This document shows positions 1 through 9,800 of a stretch of 64,000 bases of DNA, piece after piece. The DNA is from Kosmotogaceae bacterium. GTDB taxonomy: Bacteria; Thermotogota; Thermotogae; Petrotogales; Kosmotogaceae. The stretch lies in NCBI GenBank assembly GCA_016933635.1, contig JAFGAP010000034.1, forward strand, positions 32,505 through 96,504, read 5' to 3'. Position numbers and translations under genes: made by a program. Position 1 is the stretch's first letter, and each line of letters starts with the position of its first letter. Below the pieces are notes generated by a model. The model made no database searches and was not told the DNA's origin. It saw only the letters and a list, made by a program, of their open reading frames with translations.

Positions 1-1353
1 TTCAATGGACCAGATATCGAGATTGTTTGTCGGTTCATCCATGACCAAGACGTTTGGACGCGATAATATCAGTTTCGCAAGCGCAAGCTTCGTCTTTTCT
101 CCACCACTCAAGGTGTGTATTGGCTTGAAGACATCGTCGCCTGGAAATCCAAACCTTCCTATGTACTTTCTAACTTCGTAATCAGGTTGACCTGGCATCA
201 ATTGCCAGATTTCCGTGAGCACATCATTTGACGGATTAAGGTCCTCGGTCAGCTGAGAAAGATAGCCCCAACGGACATTGTGACCCCAGGTAACTTCTCC
301 GGAGTACCCCTTTAGATTCTCGGTAATTATCTTCAGGAGTGTTGTCTTCCCGCTGCCATTTGGGCCAAGAAGGCCAATCTTATCTCTCCTGTGAATTTCT
401 GTTGTGGCACTACTGAAAAGACTCTTGTTGCCGAAGCCAAATGACAGTTTTTCGATCTTCAAAACTGAATAGCCGGTTCTATCTGGTTGTGGCAGGCGGA
501 ATTTTGCCCCCCTGATTTCTTCATCTGGGAGATCTATCGATTCAAGCTGCTCTATTAGTCTGTCCCTTTGTTTTTCTTTATTGATCGCCTGCTTGATGAA
601 TTTTTCCTGCCCCCACAGTCTGTAGCGTTTTGCGACAGAGTCAAGTCTTTCGATTTCTTTTGAAAGATTCTCCCGTGTTCTCAGTCCGCTCTTCACCATA
701 TTCTCTCTGTCTGCCTGGTATTTCTCATATGTTCCGGAGAAATCCCAGAGCGAACCGCCGTTCAACTCCCAGAAACGATTGCCAACATTTCTAATCAAGT
801 ATCTGTCGTGAGTAACGACAAGCAGAGCTCCTTTGTAATTCTTTAGAAAGCTTACTAACCATTCAGTCGATTCGAGGTCGAGATGATTTGTTGGTTCATC
901 CAGAAGAAGTAGATCATAATCAACAAGAAAAAGCTTTCCAAGAGAGATCCTTGTTAATTCGCCACCGCTGAAGGTTCCGAGATGTCTTTCCCAATCTTCC
1001 TCGGCGAATTCGAGCCCTACGAGGATACTTCTCACTCTCCTATCGAAGGAATAGTATTCTTCGGTGTCGGGAATAACACTCGATTTGTCCTGCATGTAGT
1101 ACTCCATAAGACTCAGCTCAGAATTGGGTATTCTACTCTGTATTTGATAGCCAATTCTCACGTTTGTTGAGTGGAAGACCTCCCCCTCAGACGGCAATAG
1201 ATCACCGGAAATAATTTTCATAAGGGTTGATTTTCCGCTCCCGTTTTTTCCGAGAAGTATTGTCTTATCTTTCTTGTCTATCGAGGTTGAGACTTCGTCA
1301 AAGAGGAAGTCTTGACCATAATCGTGTCCAACTTTGCTAAGCGTAATCAGCAT
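1..1353 (-). CDS. ABC-F family ATP-binding protein (partial, 3' end outside window)
   Basis: Manual translation from ATG 1353 (MLITLSKVGHDYGQDFLF..) after GGAAGG RBS; Walker A GKNGSGKST, FSGGE signature, LLLDEPTNHLD, second Walker A GPNGSGKTT; no TM segments seen. Confidence 0.9.
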   Translation of the reverse strand, partial: MLITLSKVGHDYGQDFLFDEVSTSIDKKDKTILLGKNGSGKSTLMKIISGDLLPSEGEVFHSTNVRIGYQIQSRIPNSELSLMEYYMQDKSSVIPDTEEYYSFDRRVRSILVGLEFAEEDWERHLGTFSGGELTRISLGKLFLVDYDLLLLDEPTNHLDLESTEWLVSFLKNYKGALLVVTHDRYLIRNVGNRFWELNGGSLWDFSGTYEKYQADRENMVKSGLRTRENLSKEIERLDSVAKRYRLWGQEKFIKQAINKEKQRDRLIEQLESIDLPDEEIRGAKFRLPQPDRTGYSVLKIEKLSFGFGNKSLFSSATTEIHRRDKIGLLGPNGSGKTTLLKIITENLKGYSGEVTWGHNVRWGYLSQLTEDLNPSNDVLTEIWQLMPGQPDYEVRKYIGRFGFPGDDVFKPIHTLSGGEKTKLALAKLILSRPNVLVMDEPTNNLDIWSIE

Positions 1354-1493
1354 ACATTTCCCTTCCGATCGCCGGTCAGTGACAATAATACATCATATTA
1401 GTTTCTTTTGTAGGAAGGAGTCTTCTCATGCATTCATGGTTCGGTGACATGTGATATCTTTGATTATGTGGTGAAACCGGGTGGTGGATTTCT

Positions 1494-2078
1494 TTGAAAC
1501 TCTGGTTGCCTTTTCTAATAATTCTTACAGGATTTCTAGCAGTCTCATACATCTGGGGATTCAACTTCTTCAGGAGTCCAGATCAAGTTTTTTTACAATA
1601 TGAGAGGGCAATGTTGGACTATGCAAATCAAATTCGTCTTCAGCAAGATTCCGGTCTTGAAGCGGGACTAAGTGAAGACGAAATTATGTCGCTTAGAAAG
1701 ATAGCCATTGTCGAGCTTGAAGGAGACATGAGGAATCTGATATTTGACTTTCATAAGTATTGGTCGATTATTGAGAGGCATTACGTACAGTATGCCCAGA
1801 GTTCAGGAAGCTGGTTCACAGATGGATTGTCAGGATCGGTATATACTCAAGACGATCCAGAGTATGATACTTTTCTCGCTCTCTACGAACTGAAAGATGA
1901 TCCCGAAAGCTACTGCCTGATATTTGTCCCTGAAGTCTCCGAAGAGAGTGCCTTCAGAGAGTTCAGAGGAGCGCGGATTTACTTCCTTCAGAAGACAATC
2001 TGGGGTTACAAGATTGAATGGAGCAGATCCCTGATCGATTTGATTCTAGATGTAAATTCCTCTTCAGTGTCGGTGTAG
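1494..2078 (+). CDS. hypothetical protein with N-terminal membrane anchor/signal
   Basis: 194-aa ORF, hydrophobic N-terminus. Confidence 0.7.
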   Translation: MKLWLPFLIILTGFLAVSYIWGFNFFRSPDQVFLQYERAMLDYANQIRLQQDSGLEAGLSEDEIMSLRKIAIVELEGDMRNLIFDFHKYWSIIERHYVQYAQSSGSWFTDGLSGSVYTQDDPEYDTFLALYELKDDPESYCLIFVPEVSEESAFREFRGARIYFLQKTIWGYKIEWSRSLIDLILDVNSSSVSV

Positions 2079-2207
2079 TCTTTTGTTCTTTCTGAAATAC
2101 CGACTTGTTTTTGAGTAACCATTCCTCATGACATACCGACGTTCTCCAGAGGAGGTTTTCTGGTATCCTTTTATAGAAGCTATTTCATTCACTTGTTGCC
2201 GGAGGAT

Positions 2208-3500
2208 ATGATGTTCTTTAAGAAGATTGGTGATAAAAGAAGAGAAAATAGGATTTCTACGATAGAGAGAAAGATTTCGAGATCTCGAGAAGAAGAAAAA
2301 GGAAAGTTATTACTTGAGCTCTGGAATTTGAAGAGAGAAAAAGGAGATACTGAAGGCGCTATGAAGGCTGCACTAGAAAAGCTAACATTTCTTAGGGACC
2401 CTGAGTCATTTGAAGACCTTATCTTAACCTTTGGGAAGATTGACGGGTTCTTGCGAAACTCTTTTACCGGTGAAGTAGAAAAGTTTGCCTGCGAATTTGA
2501 TAGAGGTCTTTGGGAAGAATTCATATCAGTCTTCTTTGAGGACCAGCCTGAGGCCGCCATTAAGTTTGCCTTTAGCTGTTACAGGATCTCTTCGAAAGCA
2601 TTATTTGTCGAAATTGCTCTTGGGAAGCTTGAGAAAGCTTTTTGTAACGAAGAGACCGACAAACTTATGCGAATAAAAGAGATGTACATTTCGACAATTT
2701 CAGAAGTCGGCGAGATCTCTAGAGTAGATGAGCTTCGGCTTCTTGAGAGAGCCTTAGACTCTTCTAAATCGCCAATTCAAGACGAACAATTGCTTTACGG
2801 CCTTGCGGTGAAGTATATTGACCTTCTACTTTCGGGCGAAGAATTGAATGGAATCGCAAAGAAAATATCGGATAGTTTTGATCACTATGTAGTTCATTTC
2901 AAAGGGAATGAAGTGGCTCTTCTTGACAAACTAGATCCTATTCTTCCGAAGATAGAGGAAGAAGAAATCAAAAGAACTTTGATTGAGAAGCTTCGAAAAC
3001 TGGCACAGTCAAAATCGGATAAAAGATACGATTGCAATTTTTCTAGTGAATCAGATTACCTTGAATTTCTTAAGAATAGGATTGCTAGTTCCGAGTTGAA
3101 AGCTAGGGGAAGAGATTCAAGCGAGGAGATTCTAAGAAAGCTGGCCAATGATTACGAGAAAGTCATCGAGGTTCTACAGTCTCCTGAGGAAAAGCTGCTA
3201 TACATTAGAAAGCTGGGAGCCTTGCTTCGGGATCGTCTTGAAGAACCCTACAAGGCACTTGAAGTCTTCGAAGAGGGGTTGAGATTGAAGGCTAATGACA
3301 TATCTCTGTGGCTTGTCAAAGGAATGACCCTGGAGAAGATCGCACGTAATGAAAGTGATCCAGATAAGGCTTCGATATGTTGGAGAAGAACTTACAATCA
3401 TTATCATGCGATTGCGGAGACTTTTGAGGAGCAGGAAGTTAAGCTTACGGCGATCGAGAAGTGTGCAATGATTCAGGCAGAGAGGCTGACCGGAGTCTAG
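2208..3500 (+). CDS. alpha-helical/TPR-like hypothetical protein
   Basis: Long charged helical ORF; C-terminal TPR-like segment (ALEVFEEGLRLKANDISLWLVKG); GGAGG RBS before ATG 2208/2211. Confidence 0.7.
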   Translation: MMFFKKIGDKRRENRISTIERKISRSREEEKGKLLLELWNLKREKGDTEGAMKAALEKLTFLRDPESFEDLILTFGKIDGFLRNSFTGEVEKFACEFDRGLWEEFISVFFEDQPEAAIKFAFSCYRISSKALFVEIALGKLEKAFCNEETDKLMRIKEMYISTISEVGEISRVDELRLLERALDSSKSPIQDEQLLYGLAVKYIDLLLSGEELNGIAKKISDSFDHYVVHFKGNEVALLDKLDPILPKIEEEEIKRTLIEKLRKLAQSKSDKRYDCNFSSESDYLEFLKNRIASSELKARGRDSSEEILRKLANDYEKVIEVLQSPEEKLLYIRKLGALLRDRLEEPYKALEVFEEGLRLKANDISLWLVKGMTLEKIARNESDPDKASICWRRTYNHYHAIAETFEEQEVKLTAIEKCAMIQAERLTGV

Positions 3501-3542
3501 CTCTGTTTCGATTGTTCTTATGAGATCACTTGGAGGTGTGTC

Positions 3543-4301
3543 TTGAGATTCTTGGACAAAACCGTGCTTGTTACTGGTGGGGCCAAAGGAATCGGGAAAG
3601 CCATATCCATTGGTTTCGCGAGATCCGGTGCATTTGTGGTAATTATGGATATCGATGTGGAAGCGGGGAATCGTTTGGTGAGTCAGATAATTTCAGACGG
3701 AGGCCGAGCCTCGTTTATTCACGGAGATGTCTCTTCGGAAGATGATGTATTTAGAGTTGTAACTGGTACGGTAGAGATATCCGGATCGATAGACGTTCTC
3801 ATAAACAATGCGGGGATTGGATGGACCGGAACACTTCTAGAGAGGTCAACAGATGACTGGAGGAAGGTAATCGAGGTCAATCTCACGGGCCCCTATTTGA
3901 TGGCGAAATACTCCTCTCCTTATTTAGCCACTTCGAAAGGTTCAAACATAATAAACATAGTTTCGACTAGGGCTTTGATGTCGGAAAGAAATTCGGAACC
4001 ATACTCTGCTTCGAAAGGTGGTCTACTCGCTCTCACGCATTCACTTGCCATTACTCTTGGCCCAAAAGTCAGAGTCAATGCGATATGCCCGGGATGGATC
4101 GACATAACTGATAGCCAGTCCGATAAGCCATCCAAACAAAGCGATGTTGCACATAATCAACACCCGGTTGGGAGAGTTGGCAGACCGGAAGATGTTGCAG
4201 ATGCCTGCCTTTTCCTTAGCAGTGATGAGGCCTCTTTTATCACAGGTGCAAATCTGATTGTTGACGGTGGAATGACACGCAAGATGATCTATTTAGAATA
4301 G
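3543..4301 (+). CDS. SDR family NAD(P)-dependent oxidoreductase
   Basis: TGGAKGIG, NNAG, YSASK, ICPG motifs. Confidence 0.92.
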   Translation: MRFLDKTVLVTGGAKGIGKAISIGFARSGAFVVIMDIDVEAGNRLVSQIISDGGRASFIHGDVSSEDDVFRVVTGTVEISGSIDVLINNAGIGWTGTLLERSTDDWRKVIEVNLTGPYLMAKYSSPYLATSKGSNIINIVSTRALMSERNSEPYSASKGGLLALTHSLAITLGPKVRVNAICPGWIDITDSQSDKPSKQSDVAHNQHPVGRVGRPEDVADACLFLSSDEASFITGANLIVDGGMTRKMIYLE

Positions 4302-4313
4302 GAGTGATCAAAG

Positions 4314-6011
4314 TTGAATCGAAGGCTGGATGGAAAAAAGGTTAAGTCTCTTATAGAAATGCTTTCTGGATATCACAGAATGCGGGGAAGTAGTGACTAT
4401 AGAGAATCAATGAACTCGATAAGCAACTATCTTAGCCGTTCCGGTCTTCCAGAGAATAGATTCCGGGTATTCAAATATCCGGCCGATGGCATTACAAAGA
4501 CGGGGAACATCATTTCTACACTTGCGTGGGAACCAGTGTACGGGGAGTTATGGCTTGAGAACCCGGAAAGAGTTTTCGTCACTTCAACAAAAGTAACAAA
4601 AGTCTCCCTGGTTTCCGGTAGTGGAAGTAGCAAAGGCTGGGAATCGATACCTCTAGTTGTATATGACGGAAAAGGAGATTACTCCGGAAAAGCGGTTCTC
4701 GCTAGTGAAGATCCTGTCAAGGTTTTTCGGCATGCGGTAGTTGAGGGTGGGGCAAGGTGTCTGATTCTGTGTCATATGAGAAAGGCCTTTGAGGAGATTG
4801 GTCGCAGTCTCAATGATTTACCTCAGATGACAAACTACCTGACAATTCCCCATGACAGAGATTCGGCCGATAGAAACGCTGTTGCTTTTTCGGTTACAAA
4901 AGAGAAGTACGATCTTCTCCTTGATTTTACGAAGAAGGGAAACGCAATCGTTGGGTTCAGGGCCGAAACAAATATGTCAGAAGGTAGTTTTGAGGTTCTG
5001 CAAATAGATGCGACTGGTTTCGAAGAGGGTCCTCAGGTTCTCATAACTGCACATTTGTGTCATCCTTCACCTGGGGCCGACGATAATGGGAGTGGAGCCG
5101 CTCTCGCCGTTGAGATAGCAAGGGTGTTGAATGATGAGAACTTCCCATATGCAGTGAAAATTGCACTTGTTCCCGAATATTTGGGAAGCGTACCTTACGC
5201 GCTTCAACTCAAGAACGAGAATAACCTTCCGATTTATACAATAAACCTGGATATGGTTGGTGCCGATCAGAATAAGACGGGTTCAACATTTATTCTTTCG
5301 AAGGTACCACCTTATTTGCCACAGAGATGGGGAAGAATACTAGAATTCTTTATCGAGACTCTTATGCCTTCAAATGCCGGGTATCCTCTGAAGAGATTTG
5401 GAGAGATTCCCTTCATGGCCGGCTCAGATCACTGTGTCTTCAGCACTCTTGGGATTCCCTCCCCCTTCATGGGACATCTTCCAGATAGATACTACCATTC
5501 GGATTTTGACACACCACAGATGATGGATGAAAAAGAACTGGAATGGGTAGGTTTATCGGCCCTGAGTACTTTAGATCAGCTAGTTAGACCAGATCAGGAT
5601 GTGCTCATAAGTGTCAGAAGCAAGATGATAGGAGAGCTCTTCGGTATTCTCAATAGAATTTCCGGGAGAGAAGGAAGCGATGATGTTTTCGATCTTCTGA
5701 TTTCAAATTTCGAGGGAGAAGTACTCAGGAAGGTTTTCAGCAATTCTGGAAATCTTCCGTCGCTAAGCCCTCTGGAACCAACCTTCGATAGCTCTTTAGG
5801 TCTGGAATGGATCAAGTCGTTTCCTCAGGAACTTAAAGAAGAGCTTGAAATTGATTTCGCAAGCATCGCCGATTTCGTAGTGGGAGGTGCGGCTGTTGTT
5901 GGAGGTAGGGAAGCCGTAGAGCTCTTGGCAAGTATTCACTACGGGATAGAGATCGGGAAGGTTAGGGTGCTTACCGGCTGGATGATTGAGAAAGGGTTGT
6001 TGAGATCATGA
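4314..6011 (+). CDS. M28-family aminopeptidase-like protein (DUF4910-type)
   Basis: HLCHPSPGADDNGSG, PE, NLDMVG, GSDH, YYHS metal-ligand motifs. Confidence 0.8.
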   Translation: MNRRLDGKKVKSLIEMLSGYHRMRGSSDYRESMNSISNYLSRSGLPENRFRVFKYPADGITKTGNIISTLAWEPVYGELWLENPERVFVTSTKVTKVSLVSGSGSSKGWESIPLVVYDGKGDYSGKAVLASEDPVKVFRHAVVEGGARCLILCHMRKAFEEIGRSLNDLPQMTNYLTIPHDRDSADRNAVAFSVTKEKYDLLLDFTKKGNAIVGFRAETNMSEGSFEVLQIDATGFEEGPQVLITAHLCHPSPGADDNGSGAALAVEIARVLNDENFPYAVKIALVPEYLGSVPYALQLKNENNLPIYTINLDMVGADQNKTGSTFILSKVPPYLPQRWGRILEFFIETLMPSNAGYPLKRFGEIPFMAGSDHCVFSTLGIPSPFMGHLPDRYYHSDFDTPQMMDEKELEWVGLSALSTLDQLVRPDQDVLISVRSKMIGELFGILNRISGREGSDDVFDLLISNFEGEVLRKVFSNSGNLPSLSPLEPTFDSSLGLEWIKSFPQELKEELEIDFASIADFVVGGAAVVGGREAVELLASIHYGIEIGKVRVLTGWMIEKGLLRS

Positions 6012-6697
6012 GCATCAGGGGATTCGGCTTGGTTATATTTCTCTTCTTAGCGACGTGTTGTTTGGCAAATTTGAAACTGAAGGTCGAAAGTGGTGTTACT
6101 ATGCCGTGGAGCGGGTTCCTCGAAGTCAGTGATTCTGAGATAGCTCAGCTCTTGGTGAGAAACAACTTTCGTGCTTATTTCTTGCCAACTGTGGGGTATG
6201 AGATCAGCGGTGAACATCTGATAGAGTTGAGTATTTCTCACTTCTCCGTTAAAAGCACATTTGAGGCTACTGGAACCGACTCTTCTTCATACGAATCAAT
6301 GTTTCAGCAGGATGAAGTCTCACTCACTTACATGTATATCTTGCCCGAGCTTGATCGCTTCTCTCTTCAGCTGGGTGTTCAAGGTAGGTTGTGGTTCAAA
6401 CAACTGACGCTCACTGGCTCGAAAACATTTGACCGCAAGGTTTCTGATTTGTCCTTTGGCCCGGCTGCGGATTTGAGGTTACAGATGAACGATAAGGTCT
6501 TCATTGGATTAGAGGTTTCTACCGGACTGGGGAAAGGTAATGGATTCATAGATATGTTCGTTGGACTTCACTTTGAAGGGCCATTCTACTATGCTAGAGC
6601 GGGCACAAGATATTGGTCCGTAACGAACTCCTTTGATAACGATCGCTTCTTCCTGTCTTTTGTGAATCTGGGAGTACAGTTCTGCGCAGTTTTCTAA
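6008..6697 (+). CDS. secreted protein, putative outer-membrane beta-barrel
   Basis: Signal peptide, alternating hydrophobic strand pattern, C-terminal Phe; ATGA overlap with upstream gene. Confidence 0.55.
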   Translation: MSIRGFGLVIFLFLATCCLANLKLKVESGVTMPWSGFLEVSDSEIAQLLVRNNFRAYFLPTVGYEISGEHLIELSISHFSVKSTFEATGTDSSSYESMFQQDEVSLTYMYILPELDRFSLQLGVQGRLWFKQLTLTGSKTFDRKVSDLSFGPAADLRLQMNDKVFIGLEVSTGLGKGNGFIDMFVGLHFEGPFYYARAGTRYWSVTNSFDNDRFFLSFVNLGVQFCAVF

Positions 6698-7299
6698 ACA
6701 CCATTTTTCACAAATGAGAGCGGGTCTAGTGAAGAGATTCTTACAATTCCCAGGACAGGAACGCCAAACTTCTCCAGCAAAGATCGACCTTCTTCGAAGG
6801 TCTTTTCGATAATTGCCGCAAAGCCGTGAAGCGATGCTCCCGTTTTTAGTACAAGTCGGGCCAATGCCTCTATGGTCTTGCCGCTTGCCAGAAAGTCATC
6901 CACGATTATGACTCTGTCTTTCTCATCAATATAGTCAAGGGAAACGTTGAGTTCCACTACCCCTCCTTTTGTGTGCGAAGGAGCGGATTCGCTCACATAT
7001 CTTTGCATTGTTATCGGTCTGCTCTTACGAGCAAAAACGAGTTGTGCACCGAGACTGCTGGCGGCCATCAATGCCGGAGCAATCCCAGAACTCTCAGCAG
7101 TCAACACTTTTGTAACTCCGTAGGTTCTGAAATGCTCTGCGATCAATTCACCGGCATTTTTCATTAGCTGTGGATCAATCTGATGGTTAAGAAAGGAATC
7201 TACTCGAAGAATACCATTGCCCAGAACGGAACCCTTGTTTCTCACAGCTTCTTCAAAGGAAGAAAGTATTTCTTGTCTGGAAAGAACAACTTCGTCCAT
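6694..7299 (-). CDS. xpt: xanthine phosphoribosyltransferase
   Basis: ILRVDSFLNHQIDP, TAESSGIAPA, IVDDFLASG PRPP-binding motif, IEKTF. Confidence 0.93.
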   Translation of the reverse strand: MDEVVLSRQEILSSFEEAVRNKGSVLGNGILRVDSFLNHQIDPQLMKNAGELIAEHFRTYGVTKVLTAESSGIAPALMAASSLGAQLVFARKSRPITMQRYVSESAPSHTKGGVVELNVSLDYIDEKDRVIIVDDFLASGKTIEALARLVLKTGASLHGFAAIIEKTFEEGRSLLEKFGVPVLGIVRISSLDPLSFVKNGV

Positions 7300-7601
7300 C
7301 GACTAACCTCCAAAAGATATATGGTACTATGATCAACTATTTCTGTATCCTTTTCTTGAAGGAGAAATTCCTTTTGTGTAAGGTATGTTCTCCTAACAGA
7401 TCGGAATTGAACGGGAGTCAGAATCAAGAAGCTCAAACTCACCTCGTGTGATTCTTTTCGAGAGGCCTAGTTTTTTGTTCCGAAGACACAAATCACTTTT
7501 GAGGACATGATTTATCACAGCTAAACCTACTGAAAAGTCTTTTTTCATTTGACAGTGAAAAATGTATAATTGAGCCATATAACTAAAGCGGGAGGTTTCT
7601 T

Positions 7602-8123
7602 ATGATGCGGAAGATACTCGTAATACTTATAGCATTACTTCTGGTCTCAACTGTGTCTTTTGGAAGCTATTTCAACGCGAACAATATCGGCGGTTCGGTT
7701 GTTTATTTTCCTTTTCTTCTTGGAATATTCTCGGTGAATGGATACTACAGACTGGGCTTTGAAGTCTTTGGCGCTTCCAAAACCGGTAGTTTGAGTTTCA
7801 CTCCTACCATGCTTTATGTTGGGCCTTCGGTTTCGTATTCGGGTGCATTTGGTGAAGTTTCCGGACTAGAAGCGGGGCTTGATGCACGATTGCTGACGGG
7901 AATCGAGAATCTTTCTTTTAACCTGTTTGGAAGAAGATTCATGTTCGCGCTAGGGCTGAGAGGACAAGCTATGTACTCATTCTTCGAAACAACAGATAAT
8001 TTCAAAACTAGACTCTCTCCTGAGATCAGCTTCGTAGATGTAACCAAAATGACCGACAGGTTCAAGTTCTCTCTCTTTTTCTGGCCGCTTCCCGTCCTTT
8101 TGGGTTTCGACATGTATTTTTAA
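7602..8123 (+). CDS. secreted protein, putative small outer-membrane beta-barrel
   Basis: Signal peptide, aromatic/Gly-rich amphipathic strands, ends LGFDMYF; GGAGG RBS. Confidence 0.55.
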   Translation: MMRKILVILIALLLVSTVSFGSYFNANNIGGSVVYFPFLLGIFSVNGYYRLGFEVFGASKTGSLSFTPTMLYVGPSVSYSGAFGEVSGLEAGLDARLLTGIENLSFNLFGRRFMFALGLRGQAMYSFFETTDNFKTRLSPEISFVDVTKMTDRFKFSLFFWPLPVLLGFDMYF

Positions 8124-8125
8124 GA

Positions 8126-8156
8126 AAGAAGCCCCAAATCGGGGCTTCTTTTATTT
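8126..8156. terminator. bidirectional intrinsic terminator
   Basis: AAGAAGCCCC-aaatc-GGGGCTTCTT hairpin between convergent genes, T-rich tails. Confidence 0.8.
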
Positions 8157-8276
8157 CTGCACAAGCTTCATTGGTTCTCCACAGCAGACCAGTTCTCCTC
8201 CGCCAGCTTCTTTTACTTCAACTATGTTTCCACATATCTCACATCTGTAGACTTCTCCAACGTTCTTTACCTTCAT
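8151..8276 (-). CDS. stand-alone desulforedoxin (desulfoferrodoxin FeS4 domain), 41 aa
   Basis: Manual translation [41 protein letters not shown]; CxxC...GGG.LVCCG motif; AGAAGGAG RBS; below ORF-track cutoff. Confidence 0.9.
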   Translation of the reverse strand: MKVKNVGEVYRCEICGNIVEVKEAGGGELVCCGEPMKLVQK

Positions 8277-8346
8277 GATCTCACTCTCCTTCTAATAGTA
8301 AACTCAGTGACTGATTCCACAGTCAAATCACTTGGAGGTGCTGACA

Positions 8347-8781
8347 ATGGAAAGAGTCTTTTTCGCTGTTCTCTTCACAATATTCATTGTTGCCGCCACA
8401 GGTGCCTTTTACCAGGAACCACAGGCGGTCTTCGCCAGCCATCTTCAAGATGGGACCTTTGTTTATGGCAGTAGTGTGATACTTGGCTGGGATGTAGTTG
8501 TCAGAAACAACTCTATCATATTGAGTAACTTGGACATATGGTTTTCAAACAAGGATTCAGGGGCTAGAGTCGGTCTAGAATCTTCTCCCTTCATCGAAAT
8601 TGCCAGCTACAATCTTTATCTGGGAACATCTCAAACGCCAAAGCTTTATGCATCTACTCGATCTAATAGTTACTTTGTTGATAGGCTTTCAAGTGATACT
8701 GTTTATTACTGGCAAATAGTTGCCGTTGACAAAAATGGAAATAGATATCATGGACCGATATGGTATTTTGAAACGAGATGA
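8347..8781 (+). CDS. secreted protein with fibronectin type III-like C-terminal module
   Basis: Signal peptide; YNLYLG...YYWQIVAVDKNG..GPIWYF pattern; GGAGG RBS before ATG 8347. Confidence 0.6.
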   Translation: MERVFFAVLFTIFIVAATGAFYQEPQAVFASHLQDGTFVYGSSVILGWDVVVRNNSIILSNLDIWFSNKDSGARVGLESSPFIEIASYNLYLGTSQTPKLYASTRSNSYFVDRLSSDTVYYWQIVAVDKNGNRYHGPIWYFETR

Positions 8782-9735
8782 TCAGACCACCGCGTTGGGA
8801 GGCTCCTTCCCTTCGAGAACTGCTGCCACGTTGCGCCCTACCATAATTGCCATTTCCGTCCTTGCTTCTCTTGTTGCAGATCCTACGTGTGGAAGAAGGA
8901 CCACGTTGTCCATATCCATCAAAGACTGTGGTACAGTCGGTTCTTCTTCATAAACATCAAGACCGGCTGCTGCTAACCTACAGTTCTTAAGAGCCTTTAT
9001 CAATGCTGCTTCATCAACAATGGATCCCCTTGCCGTGTTCACCAAAATCGCCCCAGGTTTCATCATAGAAAGCCGCTTCTCATTGAGCAAATGGTATGTC
9101 TCTCTTGTGAGAGGAGTGTGAATAGACACAAAATCGGACTCTTTAAGCAGTTCCTCGATGCTCATGTAATTTACGCCAAGTCTCTCTTCTTCTTCAGTCA
9201 TAAGAGGTTTCCTGTTGTGATAAATTACATTCATCCCAAACGCTTGGGCTCTTTTTGCGACGGCCCTCCCTATTCTTCCGAGGCCGATAATGCCCAAATT
9301 CTTTCCTTTAAGAGAGGGACCTGTAAGCAGGTCTGGTTTCCATCCAGCAAACCTATGTTTTCTGACGAATCTGTCTCCCTCAACGATTCTTCTGCTTGTA
9401 GCGAGAATCAATGCTAAAGTTAAATCGGCCGTGGCGTCTGTCAGAGCATCGGGAGTATTGGTGACTCTCACGCCTCTTTTCCTGGCTTCTTCAACGTCGA
9501 TGTTGTTATAGCCAGCCGCGTAATTCGCAATCACCTTTAGTTTCGGAAGCGATTCGATAAGATTTGCATCAATCTTATCCGATAGCAGAGTTACCAATGC
9601 CACCGCATCCTTGGCTTTCTGAATAATCTCTTCTTTTGATAGGAACCTATCCTCAGTGTTGATCATGATGTCGTATCCTTTCAGAAGAAGCAAACCTTCA
9701 TCGGGGATCTTATAAGTGAAGAAGATCTTGTCCAT
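8782..9735 (-). CDS. D-isomer specific 2-hydroxyacid dehydrogenase (glyoxylate reductase/D-glycerate dehydrogenase type)
   Basis: GIIGLGRIG, VNTARG, GLDVYEEEP, LPHVGSAT. Confidence 0.9.
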   Translation of the reverse strand: MDKIFFTYKIPDEGLLLLKGYDIMINTEDRFLSKEEIIQKAKDAVALVTLLSDKIDANLIESLPKLKVIANYAAGYNNIDVEEARKRGVRVTNTPDALTDATADLTLALILATSRRIVEGDRFVRKHRFAGWKPDLLTGPSLKGKNLGIIGLGRIGRAVAKRAQAFGMNVIYHNRKPLMTEEEERLGVNYMSIEELLKESDFVSIHTPLTRETYHLLNEKRLSMMKPGAILVNTARGSIVDEAALIKALKNCRLAAAGLDVYEEEPTVPQSLMDMDNVVLLPHVGSATREARTEMAIMVGRNVAAVLEGKEPPNAVV

Positions 9736-9800
9736 TAAGCACCTCCTAGAAAAATGATATCATTACTGCTGTATCATTTGGCCAAGAAACGTTTACTCTG

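Noticed and set aside
1376-1430. Leader peptide (…MMYYCH) upstream of the ABC-F gene
   Set aside because: No RBS and no attenuator hairpin; the TATGAT is as plausibly a -10 element
7549-7570. TTGACA…TATAAT promoter before the 7602 gene
   Set aside because: Spacer is only 10 nt, so the two boxes cannot be one sigma70 promoter
7300-7600. Purine riboswitch upstream of xpt
   Set aside because: Conserved aptamer elements (TATAAT..GATATGG..TTTCTACC..CCGTAAA) not found by eye; an Rfam scan would settle it
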